This document shows, in pieces, positions 1 through 11,785 of a DNA stretch of 64,000 nucleotides; position 1 is the stretch's first letter; the number at the start of each line of letters is the position of its first letter. The notes under the pieces are model-generated. The model had not been told where the DNA came from. It did not search any database and worked only from the letters and a program-made list of their open reading frames with translations. Origin of the DNA: Selaginella moellendorffii. Lineage: Eukaryota; Plantae; Lycopodiophyta. The stretch lies in contig NW_003314279.1 in NCBI RefSeq assembly GCF_000143415.4, positions 1,698,479 to 1,762,478 on the forward strand, given 5' to 3'. A program made the position numbers and the translations under genes.

Positions 1-2299
1 GGATGTTTGAATGGCATCTCCTATCCATCATTTACTAGAGACATAGTCCGTTGGGCCTTATCTATTGCCCTCATGACACTAACCACCACCTTTTGGTGTT
101 TTAGAGTGTTTGGGTGTCCCAATGATGGCCTCTTTGACAATGAACATTTACTTTTACAACATTGATTTACTATATTGCAACATAAGCAACTTATCCCTGA
201 TATGGGTATATTTAACTTCTTTATGCCATTAAGAAGTCTTGGGTAACTACCTTCTACTTGTTTAACCAATTACCTGCACCTCTTGCTTAGTTGCCCCATA
301 GTTGTCAAGTCCTACAACTCATTGCTTGGTGCTTCCACACCTCCATCATTATTTGGGTCACCACACTCCAACCACATGCCTTCCAGCATAGGCTATGCCA
401 TTCCCATTTCCATTGGGATTCCTTTGGCAAGGGGTTCTCATGAACCCATCAACATAACCTCAAGGCATCACACATTGGCCCATTTGGTGTCTCCACACCA
501 TCGGCTCCATGCGTCTGCCTTTATGACACTTTGCACTTGTGTCTAGGTCTTTGCCAAGACCAACTCAGTCGTTTCTCATGCTTACTATCCGTTAGCACTA
601 CATCATAGTGTTCGCACACAACTCTACACCAAAGTTGCTTTTTCTAGGAACACCTTTCCCAAGACTTTAGCATGGCACATTTTGCCATCGATGAGATACC
701 CTCTGTTCTCATCCTTGGATCCTATAATCCCCCTCCATCATTCGTGAGGTACAACACACCTCAGTCCAAATGCTTCCATCAATCCTTCAGGATTATTCCT
801 TGACTCTATTTGAGTCCTTCAGCTTTTTGGACTTTGTCATTCGACGACCCATGAGGTCCCACCTTTGAGGTGCCAGCTCATTGGAATACAACTTCTTGTA
901 TTCAAGTCTTACTCATAAGGACCATCTTTGCAAGTGTTACTCCGACACTTAGTATCCTCTTTGCCATAAATGCATTCATATTAAGACTAGTCTACCATGT
1001 TTGCTAAACACCCTTGTTATCATGTCTTTTGTGTTAGTCTCATTTTAGTCCCAAATACTATTTATGGAAAGTGTCTAATTGAAAGTCGAGAAGACGCTGG
1101 AACTACAGATTTGTTCTCTTGGGCAACCTTTTGCCCCTTACGACCACTTGTCCATGTGATGAAAATACCAACTCATCCTCTAAGTACACCCCCAACTCCT
1201 TGGGTTGTTCCACCATTTATTAAAGGTAGCCCTAGGTACCATTTCAAAGACTTGTGTCCTCTTCCATATTTGACCTTCCACGGTTATTAATTCCGGTTTT
1301 AAATTTATGAGCACCAACTTTAACTATATGAGGGTAATCTTTTGACTCCATTATCATCTTGGAGTTTGCATCTTTCCCGTGATCCCAACTATAGTTGTTT
1401 ACCATAACTACATTAGCCCGTTTGCTGCGTCAAACGCTCATCTGGATCACATCCTCAACTCTCTGAGGAAACCCTCATTCTATTCCCAAGATCCCAAAGT
1501 CGTTCCCTTACTGGCCCTTTTCCATCCACCACATCATGCACAAGTTCACGCATGAACTTGAGTGGAGAGCCATGTCCTCTCGACATGCTACTCCTTGAGG
1601 ATAGGTCCATACCTAGGACCTTCCAATTCCAATACAAGTGGTGATATACTTGGCCACCAACAAGAGTCGGACTAAGGAATAGCTCCGATACCAAACTGTA
1701 AGTGACTACATTTTTCCATTCTACTTTAATCACTTAACCACATCTCCAACCACTTGAAGGAGTTTCATTCACAACCTCCATAAGTCCCACTCAGGACTTG
1801 GGGTTTGCTAGCCCCGAGAATGGCATCCATGCCACTCAACCTTTGCACTTAGTCCCAATGCTCCATGTGACCGGTCCCATGACCGACACCCCAAGGCACC
1901 ACCAACATACCAGCCTGTTACGCTAGGCTATGCCTAATCACCTTGGTCATATTGGTGGTCCCACACCTCCTGTATTGCAATCCCGTCACTCCAAGACTGG
2001 GCCATCCGTCCATGAGTGGTCATCCCAGATCCACTCTTTAGCATCCTTAGGATGCCCGCAGACATGGGGAATAGCCTTCCCCAATATCTCCTTTCTGGTC
2101 CCCACCAAGTCCCTTTCTGTCTTTGGCCGTGTTCGCCAATACTGCTACTGGATCAGGGCCCATAGGCCCGACCACTAAGTCCCACGGTCCTCTGGGACTT
2201 CCTCACCGCATGACTATATCCTTGGTCACTACACCAAAGGACTATTCCTCTTCCTTTCCACAGTCTGGGCCTTTGGGACAACATTTCGGAACACCGTGG

Positions 2300-3440
2300 C
2301 CCTACGCGGGCCTCATGGGTACTCTCCCCACCTTCCGCCTTTGGGTGCTCTAGCCATCGGTTTAGAGCGAGGTTCTGTTGAGCCACGCTAGGTATCCAAG
2401 TAGGTAGTGCCACCCACACTTGGACTGGGAGCATCGGCCAGTCGATCTCCCGGGGGAACTAGAGCCGGCTCTTGAACATTTCACCAAGCTACCCCGCTTG
2501 TCGGTCCGTGTTCACTTTAGTGTTGGACTTCCCAGTGGGCAGCTTATCACCCAACACTGGGTACAGCCTTCCTAGGCCAAACTAGCCTTTCTTAACTAGC
2601 CTAACTCCACTGCAGTCCTCCCCCTTACTATACTTTTGGAGCTCACCAAACCCCCTAGGGTCTGGGAAATGAACGCTTTGGGCTTTCACCCTCTCAGACT
2701 CGGACTCGGACTCAGACTCGGTCTCGGTCTCGGTCTCGGTCCCAGTCCTGGTCCCGGTCCCAGTCTCGGTCTCAGTCCCGGTCTCTGTCTCGGTCTCGGT
2801 CCCGGTCTCGGTCTCGGTCTCGACTTCAGACTCCATCTCGGTCCCTACGCAAGCCTCGTGGTTACTCTCCCCGCCTTCCGCCTTTGGGTGCTCTAGCCAT
2901 GGGCTTAGAGCGAGGTTCCATTAAGCCACACCAGGTATCCAAGTAGGTAGTGCCACCCACACTTGGACTGGGAGCATCGGCCAGTCGATCTCCCGGGGGA
3001 ACTAGAGCCGGCTCTTGAACACTTCACCAAGCTACCCTGCTTGTCGGTCTGTATTCACTCTAGTTTTGGACTTCCCAGTGGTCAGTTCATCACTCAACAC
3101 TGGGTCTAGCCTACCTGGGCCAAATTGGCCTTTCCTGGCCAAATTGGCTCCACTGCAGTCCTCCCCCTTACTATACTTTTGGAGCTCACCAAACCCCCCA
3201 GGGTCTGGGAGACGAATGCTTTGGGCTTTCACCCTCTCAGACTCGAACTCGGACTCGGACTCGGACTCAGACTTGGACTCGGACTCGGACTCGGACTCAG
3301 ACTCGGACTCGGGCTCAGTCTCGGCCTCGGCCTCGGTCACGGCCTCGGTCCCAGTCTTGGTCTCGGTCCCGGTCTCGGTCTCGGTCTCGGTCCCGGTCTC
3401 AGTCCCGGTCTTGGTCTCGACCTCGAACTCCATCTCGGGT
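2300..3440. repeat. Tandem duplication (period about 543 bp) inside family A copy 1
   Basis: CCCTACGC..GCCTC.TGG.TACTCTCCC starts at about 2300 and again at about 2843. The other family A copies have only one unit. Confidence 0.85.
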
Positions 3441-3650
3441 CCTTCTCGGACTCCATCTCAGATTCCATCTCGGGTCCATCTCGAACTCCATCTCGGACTC
3501 CATCTCGGACTCCATCTTGGGTCCATCTCGGACTCCATCTCGGATTCCATCTCGGGTCCATCTCGGACTCCATCTCGGACTCCATTTTGGGTCCATCTCG
3601 GACTCCACCTCGGACTCCAACTCGGGTCCATCTCGGACTTTTTCTCGGAC
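2695..3650. repeat. Hexamer (GACTCG/GTCTCG) and 12-mer (GACTCCATCTCG/GGTCCATCTCG) tandem arrays
   Basis: Directly visible at about 2695-2840 and 3238-3650. Equivalent arrays lie at 31740-32030 and 57013-57380, with degenerate reverse-complement versions at 61100-61385 and 62335-62585. Confidence 0.9.
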
Positions 3651-3888
3651 ACTTCCACGTGTCATGTGTTGGTCCTTTTGGGTCCCTTTTTGGAGCCTCG
3701 CTTATTGCTCGCTTCATGCTCATTCTTTGAGCACTCCATTAGGAGTTCCACTCCCACTCTCAACCTTTCAAGTCGGAGCCTTTTAGTCCAAACGTGTTAT
3801 GCTCGTTTGGCTTTTGCTTCGGCCACTACCACGTGGCACCCTTTCGGCTCCACTTTTGGGGCTTAGGGATTTGTGTCTCACAGTAAAC

Positions 3889-5235
3889 TCCCACTCCCTC
3901 ACCAATCTTATCTTCTTGGGATGCATATGGCACCTCCAAATAGATGCTAAGACATACTAAAATAAGGGAATGATGCAAATCAGTGATCATATCAAGACTA
4001 CCAAACTGTATAACACTCATAGCCACTCCTTACAGAAGACAACTCCAACTCCAACCCCTACTCCTATTGCTACTTCTTCCAAGTCTCCATGACGTCCAAC
4101 ATTTCCAGTCAAGCTTGCTATTGTCTTCCTCGAGCTCCTCAATGATCCATCACTGCCAGAAATGGGGGTATTCAGCATCCACACTTTTTCTACATTCAAT
4201 GCTACTACTGAACCATCCATGGCCATTTTCACTAGTGCTATACAATCCCCATCACAATTAGAACTTGCTTCTTTTCTTAAGGCATAGGCACTTCCAGTGG
4301 TTCGAGAGGTATTCAAGAGGCTCTTATCCAGCCATATATCAACTATATGCTCTTCTCCTTGCTCCATTCTGCAGCATATGTTCACAAAAGGTGGTTATCT
4401 TTCCCAAGTGCCACCAACAGCAACCAACTCCTTGGCCTCTTTATTTGAGGACCAAGCTTCTTGGGTCAATAGCAGCAGCTAAGTTTCTAGTCAAGCTTGG
4501 AGCTAGGGATAATGTGAAAATAGCAAGTGATGATGTGCCAGATGGGAGTGACGACATTTTCTAGCATTCCAACAGTCATGGCGATGACTTTCAGTGATCA
4601 AGAGACTCTAGGAAACTCAAAGACATCAGCAGCACAATCTCCTCCAGTCAAAGCACTTGAACACCTTGGATCTTACAAGTTTTAAAATGTGGCAGTTTCC
4701 CTTGTTAAGGAGATCCCGACTACTCAATGTCTTTTATTTAGACCTGCATCATGCTGTTTGCTCTTCTCTACTAACTTTGCCTTTCCAAGACACACTCACA
4801 GATCCATGTACTTTATCATGGATCCCTACAAGCTTGATAGACAACACTCTTGCAACTACTCAATCCACTATCTCAACTCCAAGTCCTTTTCCTCACCAAC
4901 AAGGACCGTCACACAAGGATTTAAGACCCTTGTAGCACCATTTGGACATGGTGCATGCTAGTTAGGGAGTAGAAGGTGGTGCAGCCCTCAAAGGTTGTAG
5001 AAACACTGCTCCAATCTCTGTTTTTTACTTTGGCCACACTCAAGAGTCTTTGTATAGCTTCCTTGACACTCAGGGAAGTTTTCTTCAGTCTACAGTAGCT
5101 CCATATCACCCTAGAGTCACTACTCAATTGCTTCGACATGGCATTGTAGAGTTGTATGGCTTCAGGTTTCATTATGTTTCAACTTCGATTCTCAGCATGA
5201 TGTCATCAAGTATGGAACTTTCACAAATACCATGT
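3889..5235. mobile_element. Fragment of the gag/protease-type retroelement found at 46677-53300
   Basis: High nucleotide similarity to about 50130-51475 along its whole length; the shared ORF-track translations are near identical. Confidence 0.75.
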
Positions 5236-5269
5236 TCTCTTTTGTCCCTCTTCTTCTACCTTTGTTTCC

Positions 5270-5675
5270 ATCATTTTTATTTCTTCATTACTTCTTATTG
5301 TGTTTCCATCATGCTCCTTTATTCCCTCTCTAGATCCCTCAGATAGTTTGTGTTGCACAGTGGATCAACTCAAGGAGTATATTGATATTTTAGACTTTGA
5401 CTTGTTATATATTGTAACACATAATCCTATTCCAATTAAGGATACTCATCTAATTAATATTCTTGTTCAGTGTTGGTCACCAAAGGAGATTAAGATTTTA
5501 CAAATATTAAAAAAATGTTAGAAAAGGGTGTTATTTAAAAATCTTAAAATCCTTTATGAACCTCATTTTATGACAAAACTTAATAAGAGTATTTACTTTT
5601 GTATAGACTATTGTTTATTAAATGAGATGACTATCCTAGATGTATACACTCTTCTTCATATGATTAATCTTCACA
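5270..5675 (+). mobile_element. Highly decayed Ty3/gypsy RT fragment (family of 7865-12500)
   Basis: Aligns by eye to about 9700-10140 (e.g. TGGTCACCAAAGGAGATTAAGATTTTAC vs TGGTCACCCAAGGAGATCAAGATTTTAC) with many C>T/G>A changes. Confidence 0.75.
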
Positions 5676-5984
5676 CTGGCCTTTTCTAGTTAAACTAACT
5701 CCACTTGAATCTTCCCTCCTCTATCCACAACCCAATTTTGTGACCCTTCCATAGATACTTTCTAAAGATTACTTTTCTAAACTTATTATACCATTACATG
5801 GAAAGTTTGCTGATATAAAACTGTCCCTTCCAAGCTCTCAGTGTTCTCACTGAGAAACGGGTCATGCCAGATTCCTTCCACTGTGCATTCTCGCACAGTA
5901 TCACAAAGTTGCTGCTGAATTCCTTGCCAAAGACAGTGGCAGTGGCGTGGAGGAGCCGATCCCGTTCCTTGCTGGATTCCGCTC

Positions 5985-7278
5985 CTAGAGACTAGGCGTG
6001 GACTTCTTGGTCGTGGAGCAAAGTTCCAGGAGCATGGCATGGTCGCTCTGTCCTTTCCTTGTCAGCATCCAGCCATACAGAAGCTGGCCAACCAACACGC
6101 TTGCATCCACTGTGATAAAACCAGCATTGTGAGAATTGCGGTGGGATGACAAGTGCATGGAAACCCAGTGGTTGAGATGCTTGCAAATGCTTGTGTCCCA
6201 TGATTTGTGTTCTCCAGCAGCCATGAGCTCCTGGACAAAAAAAAAACAAGCGAGACTTTTCGATTAGAAACAGCACCATCGTTTTCGTTTGGACGACTTA
6301 CCTCCAATATCTGCTGAACACCAAAGCTGACGTCCACAGACTTCCACTCTATCCACGGGAGCTCATGGAAAAGATCGTTGCACCACTTGATCCACTTCAA
6401 ACTAAGCGGCACGAGGCTACTAGCGTAAGTGTGTAGAGCAAGAGCATGAGCTTGTCATGCTGCCTGCCACCGCCGGCTATGGCTTGAGCTTTCAAAGCGT
6501 CAAGCCACTCGAAGGGCTGCTTGATGCTTTGGAGCTGAAGCAGCAGCCAGGTGAAAAAGAGGCTACTCACTGGGTCGCTCACGTCGAACAGAGAAGCGGC
6601 GTCTATAAGGCACGTAGATGTGGGGGTGGAGGGAATCCGTTTTGCGATGCTCACAACATCTGAAAAGAGTGAAAAAAAAAGAGTTAATCTTGAAAGCTAG
6701 CACAGGAGAAAGGGAAGAAATGCATACTTCCAACTTCTGATGCCATTACTTTACTGGCTTGGAAAGTCAATTGATCGAGCTGCAAGGGAGAGTTAGAATC
6801 TGCTTCCAGGAAAAGGAAAAAATAGAAAGGAGAAAAGCTCACCTCGGCAAGCCTGGTTACAGTGGAGGAGCAAAGAAGGGTGGAGAAGAGCAATCGTGAT
6901 TCTGGGCGCGATTGCTGCTGCCAACTACAATCTTGTCGCTGGCGCCTGAAGTAGTCAGTGGCGATGACAAGAAGGCGTCTGGCACAGGAGCGCTAAGAAC
7001 ACGAGCAATGGCCACGCTCCAGTGGAACCTTCCACTTGAGCTCAGACACAGTACAAGAGACTGTCCCGTCGGGCATGACATCGAAAACCACGCCCCCGCC
7101 GGGCGATCCATCTTGAGCCCAAACCAATCGAACGCTTAGCAATGACGTGAGGTTTTCTGATCATCTCAATGCTGCAGGACTTAGAAAGAGTAAAGATTCG
7201 AAGAGAGTTTGAGACAGTAAGAGGCGGCCTGGAGCATGACTGGCAGCATAACTCATTGCAAACACAAACTCCCGCCAT
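5985..7278 (-). pseudogene. Putative spliced gene or pseudogene of unknown product
   Basis: Short GT-AG introns with pyrimidine tracts (6231-6301, about 6660-6728, about 6781-6842) join open frames (..TVTRLAE|LDQLTFQ..EVG|NVVSIAKRIP.. and ..QQILE|ELMAAGEH..). One frameshift is needed near 6410. The start at 7278 is uncertain. Confidence 0.4.
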
Positions 7279-7864
7279 GGACTCCGTTTATCATCGTTAC
7301 ACTAGCAATAGCTCATGTCACCCTTTGGCTGGATGGTCGGTATGCTCTAGATAACACTTTATTCTTAGAGCTTCATGGTGCAAATTCAGTGAGCGTTTGC
7401 ATGATGTTAAACTTTCTTTGTAGATACTGTCTATCATTTGTGCATTCAAGGTTGAGTCAGGAATCACTAGTGGAATGATACTGTTTTTCTCAATAATTTT
7501 TGGAATGACTGACTGGCCTTTTGTGCGGGCTTGATCAGGCTTGGACAACATCAACTCAAAGTGCAAGTATACTTCAGATTGTTTAGTTCTCCTTGGCTTG
7601 CGAGTAAAGTTACACAAATTTTTTGATATATCCCAACACGCTCAGCCTGGAGAGGCAGGTGACCATGCAGTAGTGAGAGATGTGATTTGGTGACGATTGC
7701 AAGAGACGTGATTTAGTGAGGATCAGAGAATGGAGATCACTTCTAAGTACCTTGTGATTTTTCTATCTGGAAGTCAGATATTGACAAAGGGGGTAGTTAT
7801 GATAGCTTTGATATAACTGAGATTTTATTTAAAATGGATTTAGCTGAACCTTTAAAAATGCCAT

Positions 7865-8039
7865 TGTAAGGGCCAAGTGTACGGCTACGATGCCATATAT
7901 TAATATTAGCATAGTGGGATTTTGGTACCCGTTGGATTGGTTTCAATCCAGACCTCTCACTACTGTATATAAGCTAGGGTTTTTGGGCTAATTGATATGC
8001 ACATTTCTGTATTTCCTTTCTATATTCCATGCACTCGCA
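7865..8039 (+). repeat. 5' LTR (175 bp)
   Basis: Starts TGTAAG and ends CGCA immediately before the PBS. Homologous LTRs at 20282-20431 and 44645-44813. Confidence 0.8.
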
Positions 8040-8040
8040 T

Positions 8041-8060
8041 TGGTGGAGTTGAGGGGCATC
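8041..8060 (+). promoter_or_regulatory. Primer-binding site, tRNA-Ala-like
   Basis: TGGTGGAGTTGAGGGGCATC lies one base after the LTR and resembles the complement of a tRNA-Ala 3' end (..CTCCACCA). Confidence 0.6.
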
Positions 8061-8271
8061 TTTAATTGTCCCTGGGGAGTGCTTGGATTTAGGATTTCGG
8101 TTTAGATCTAGCTTTTGCATTGTCTAGATCTAGCCTTTTCCATTTCTTTCTTTTGTTCTTTCCTTTCAGGATTTTGGTTTAAATCTAGCTTTTTGCATTG
8201 TCTAGATCTACCATTTCTTTCCAGCTTTTTCTCATTTCTCTTCTTTTGCTCTTTCTTTTGCGTTCATCTTC

Positions 8272-9204
8272 ATGGCTGATCCGCAATCTCCTCCTTTGAC
8301 TCTAGAGCAGCAGTTGGTTCAATTGCTTGATGCTATGTGCTTGCAATTGAACAACCAAACTCAGTTGATGGCAGCGTTCACGGCACATGGTACAACTCCT
8401 CCTGCTCTTGGTGCCAATCCTCGCGTTCGGCCGGAGTTCTTTCATGGGAATCCTGGGGATGATGTGTACCATTAGTTTGATCACTTCACGATAATTGCCA
8501 CATATCATTCTTGGGATAATACTCGACGTTTGCGTGAGTTCCCCACATGTCTCTAAGGGACGGCATTGCAGTGGTACAATGGATTGAGCGCAGCCACTCG
8601 TGGCGATTGGAGTGTTCTTCCGGACGTCTTCAAACACGCCTTCGGACACGCCGACAATTGTGATGATGCCTTCCAACAATTGCATCGTCTTCGCCAAGGG
8701 CCATCTGAGCTGGTGATGCAATTTGGCGTTCGTTTCCGAAGTCTTTTGCTTCGTGCGGAGCCAAATATGTTGGAGCAGATCAAGCTAAGAATGTTGTGGC
8801 CAGCACTTCATCAAGACCTTGTCGGACTTGTGCATGCACTTGCTCCTGCCACTCTTGACGATGCTCTTCGCTTGGCACAACGTTATGAGACATCGCCTCT
8901 TCCACTTCTCACTACATGTCCTTTAGCTCCACTTCCTATGAGTGATGGTCCTGTTCCTATGGAGGTTGATGCTGCTGCTACTCGAGTCCAAGGACAAGGG
9001 CGAGGACGTGGTCGTGGCCGTGATGTTCGTTGCTGGGCGTGTGATGAAGTTGGTCATACTTATCGGCGATGTCGGTGCTTTCTGGATTGGCGACCTCCAT
9101 TTCCTGGGTGGAGACCTTGGCGTCAACAACGTCCCGTTGGTGCTGCTGCGGTGGAAGGTTTGGATACCGAGGTGCATCCAGGAAACGAGGAGTCGCGTGA
9201 GTAA
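8272..9204 (+). pseudogene. Retrotransposon gag with zinc knuckle; two in-frame stops
   Basis: PEFFHGNPGDD, PVPMEVDA and CWACDEVGHTYRRC motifs. Stops near 8473 and 8555. Confidence 0.85.
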
Positions 9205-10711
9205 TGGAGGGACCTTGCGTGAATAAGTTAGTGACCCCTCCATCTTTCTTTCGGGAGTATCATCAAGGGGTTCACTCGGCACCGGTTCATCCAGTGTTTA
9301 CTTTCCAAGCTCGTTTTTATAACAAGAGGTCTCCTATTCTTCTCTCCGTGTTGGTTGATACAGGTTCGAGTTTATCTTCTATTGCTCAACCTATTGCCAC
9401 ATGTTGTCGTCTACACTTGTGTCATGTGGCGGATCCAGTTTTTATTCTTTATAGCAACGGCCGTACACATGCCTGTGCACGAGATGAGGTGGACTTGGTT
9501 GTGCGTGTGGGCGATCTCGAGCTTGAGTTGCAGTCGTTGCGGGTAGTGCCGAGCCAAGCTTTTGACCTCATTCTTGGTATGGATTGGTTGCAGCGCAATC
9601 ATGCCAAGTGTGACTTTGAGGCTTTTCCCCCTTGTCTCATACTTCCTTATGGTTCATCTATTCCTCTCACTTCTGTACTTCTTCGTCCCTCTACTTCTAC
9701 TTCTGCTTCTATTACTTTTGTTCCCCCACTATTTCCTTCTATGTTTCCATCTTGTTCTGCTCTTCCCTTTTCTGATCCCTCCAAAGATCTTTGTGTTGTA
9801 GCTATTGACCGGCTCATGAAGGAGTATTCTGATCTCTTTGAATTTGACCTATCGTCTGGGGCCAAGATTGCCACACGTCATCCCATTCCAACCGGGGATG
9901 CTCATCCAATCAAGGTTCCTGTTCGTCATTGGTCACCCAAGGAGATCAAGATTTTACGTGCAAACATGAAGGAGATGTTGGAGAAGGGTGTTATTCAGAA
10001 GTCACGGAGTCCTTGGGCATGTGAACCTCATCTTGTGACAAATCCTGATGGGAGTATTCGTTTCTGCATCGACTATCATCCGTTAAATGAAGTGACGATC
10101 CCGGATGTGTACCCTCTTCCTCACACTGCTGATCTCTTGGATCGTCTGGGGCAAAGTCGTTGGTTCACCAAGCTAGATCTTGCTTCTGGGTACTGGCAAG
10201 TATCGATGGCCGACGAAGATATTCCTAAGATTTCTTTTCGTACACTGTTTGGTTTGTACAAGTTCTTGGTGATGCCGTTTGGTTTGAACAATGCTCCAGC
10301 AACTTTTCAGCGGATGATGGACGAGGTTCTTTGTGATATGCCAGAGGTGACTACTGACTTCATTAATGATGTCTTGATTCACTCGGAGGGGACGTGGGCA
10401 GATCACGTTCGTGATGTGTGTAAAGTGTTGGATCGGTTACGGGATGTTGGTTTAAAGCTGAAGCGGTCGAAGTGCGTGTTTGGGTCCAAGGACACAACTT
10501 ATCTTGGGTACCGTATTTCTCATGAGGGTTTGCAAGTTGATCCTGACAAACTCGTAGCCGTTCTAAAGTTCCCTACTCCAAAGTGTGTGAATGATGTGCA
10601 GTGCTTCCTAGGCAAGGTGCAGTATCTCGGTCGTTTTGTGGATCATCTTTCTGATCGCACTGCAGCGTTGCAAACGTTGCTGAAGTCATCAATGTCATCT
10701 TTCATCTGGTC
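9204..10711 (+). CDS. pol: aspartic protease + reverse transcriptase (cut by the inversion)
   Basis: LVDTGSS, DLILGMDWL, RFCIDYHPLN, KLDLASGYWQV, MPFGLNNAPATFQR, DFINDVLI. Confidence 0.9.
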
Positions 10712-11785
10712 CTCATTGCCAGCAATCGACCGTGGAAAAGGTCCCATAAGATCAAACGCCACCAACTCAAACGGACGGGAAACTGCAATTGACTCCAACC
10801 GTCCTTCCGTAGCACAAGGGGGAGTATTACGAGCTTGGCACCAAATGCAGCTACGCACATACCGGATAACATCACGTTGCATCTCTGGCCAATAGAAAGA
10901 CCTGCGCAGCTTCTCGGTCACACGACGATGTCCCATATGCCCACCTAGAACAGGAGAATCATGGTAGGCATGGAGAAACCGTAGAATAAAGATAAAATGC
11001 ACCACCAGTCGTAAATGATCATTAGGATCCGTCCCCATAAAATAAAGAAGGCCATCTTCAAAACGATATTGAGAATGTAAATGCCGGAAAGGCAAGTTAT
11101 CAGCAAGTGATGCAGGATCCTCAAACGCATCTTGAAGCCTTCGAATCCACGGCTCAATCTTTTGAGCCTCGCGAACCCATCAAGAGAAGGTAGATCTTGC
11201 TCTGCGCCTTGTGGACACTGAACATCAAGTACAGCAACCGCCGACGGCACGGAATCCTCGTCTAGAAAATCCACAGATGCTGGAACAACAGGCTCATCAG
11301 AAACATGAGAAGAAAGTGGAGAAGGAAGAGGAGCTCGAGAAAGGGCATCAGCATTAACCATAAAACTCCCTAGGCGATGAACAACATCAAAATCATATAT
11401 CTGAAGCTTTAAAGCCCATCGAGCAGTACGACCAACCAAGTTCTTCCGCTTCAATAATGAAATAACGGTAGCATGGTCACCTTCAAGTAACGTCCAAGAA
11501 CCATGTAGATATGCATGAAGTTTCTTGAGACCCCAAACTGTCGCTAAACACTCCTTCTCTATCGTGGAGTAGTTCACTTCTGCTGGTTGTAATGTACAGC
11601 TTATATATGCAATGGGATGGCGCTGACCAGGCACACTCGGGCTCTCTTGCATTAACACACCTCCAAGACCAATATCAGAAGCATCAACGCGTAAAATAAA
11701 AGGTCGAGTGTAGTCAGGATATGCCAAAACTGGAGGAGTCGACAATAGCTCTTTAAGATCCACAAACACCCGCTCACAATCTGAA
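10712..11785 (-). pseudogene. Inverted pol segment: RNase H and integrase HHCC zinc finger
   Basis: Minus-strand PVLAYPDYTRPFILRVDASDIGLG, NYSTIEKECLA, HDSPVLGGHMG..CIWCQ, FDLMGPFP. Confidence 0.9.

Larger units (their letters stand above)
1..3882 (-). mobile_element. Repeat family A, LTR-retroelement-like (copy 1, runs off window start); internal sequence is degenerate and unidentified
   Basis: Co-linear with 29200-32264 and 55824-57495. The minus strand begins TGTGAGACAC at 3882, and the same terminus occurs at 32264(-) and 59773(+). Contains 12-mer and hexamer arrays. No intact ORF. Confidence 0.65.

Noticed and set aside
3430-3650. Regularly spaced repeats resembling a CRISPR array
   Set aside because: Contiguous tandem units without unique spacers, in a eukaryotic context with no cas genes.
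2582-3866. Long ORFs rich in SD/ES/LG/RP dipeptides (also 31683-32247, 56788-57580, 61160-62617)
   Set aside because: By-products of stop-free hexamer/12-mer arrays open in several frames on both strands; no evidence of real proteins.
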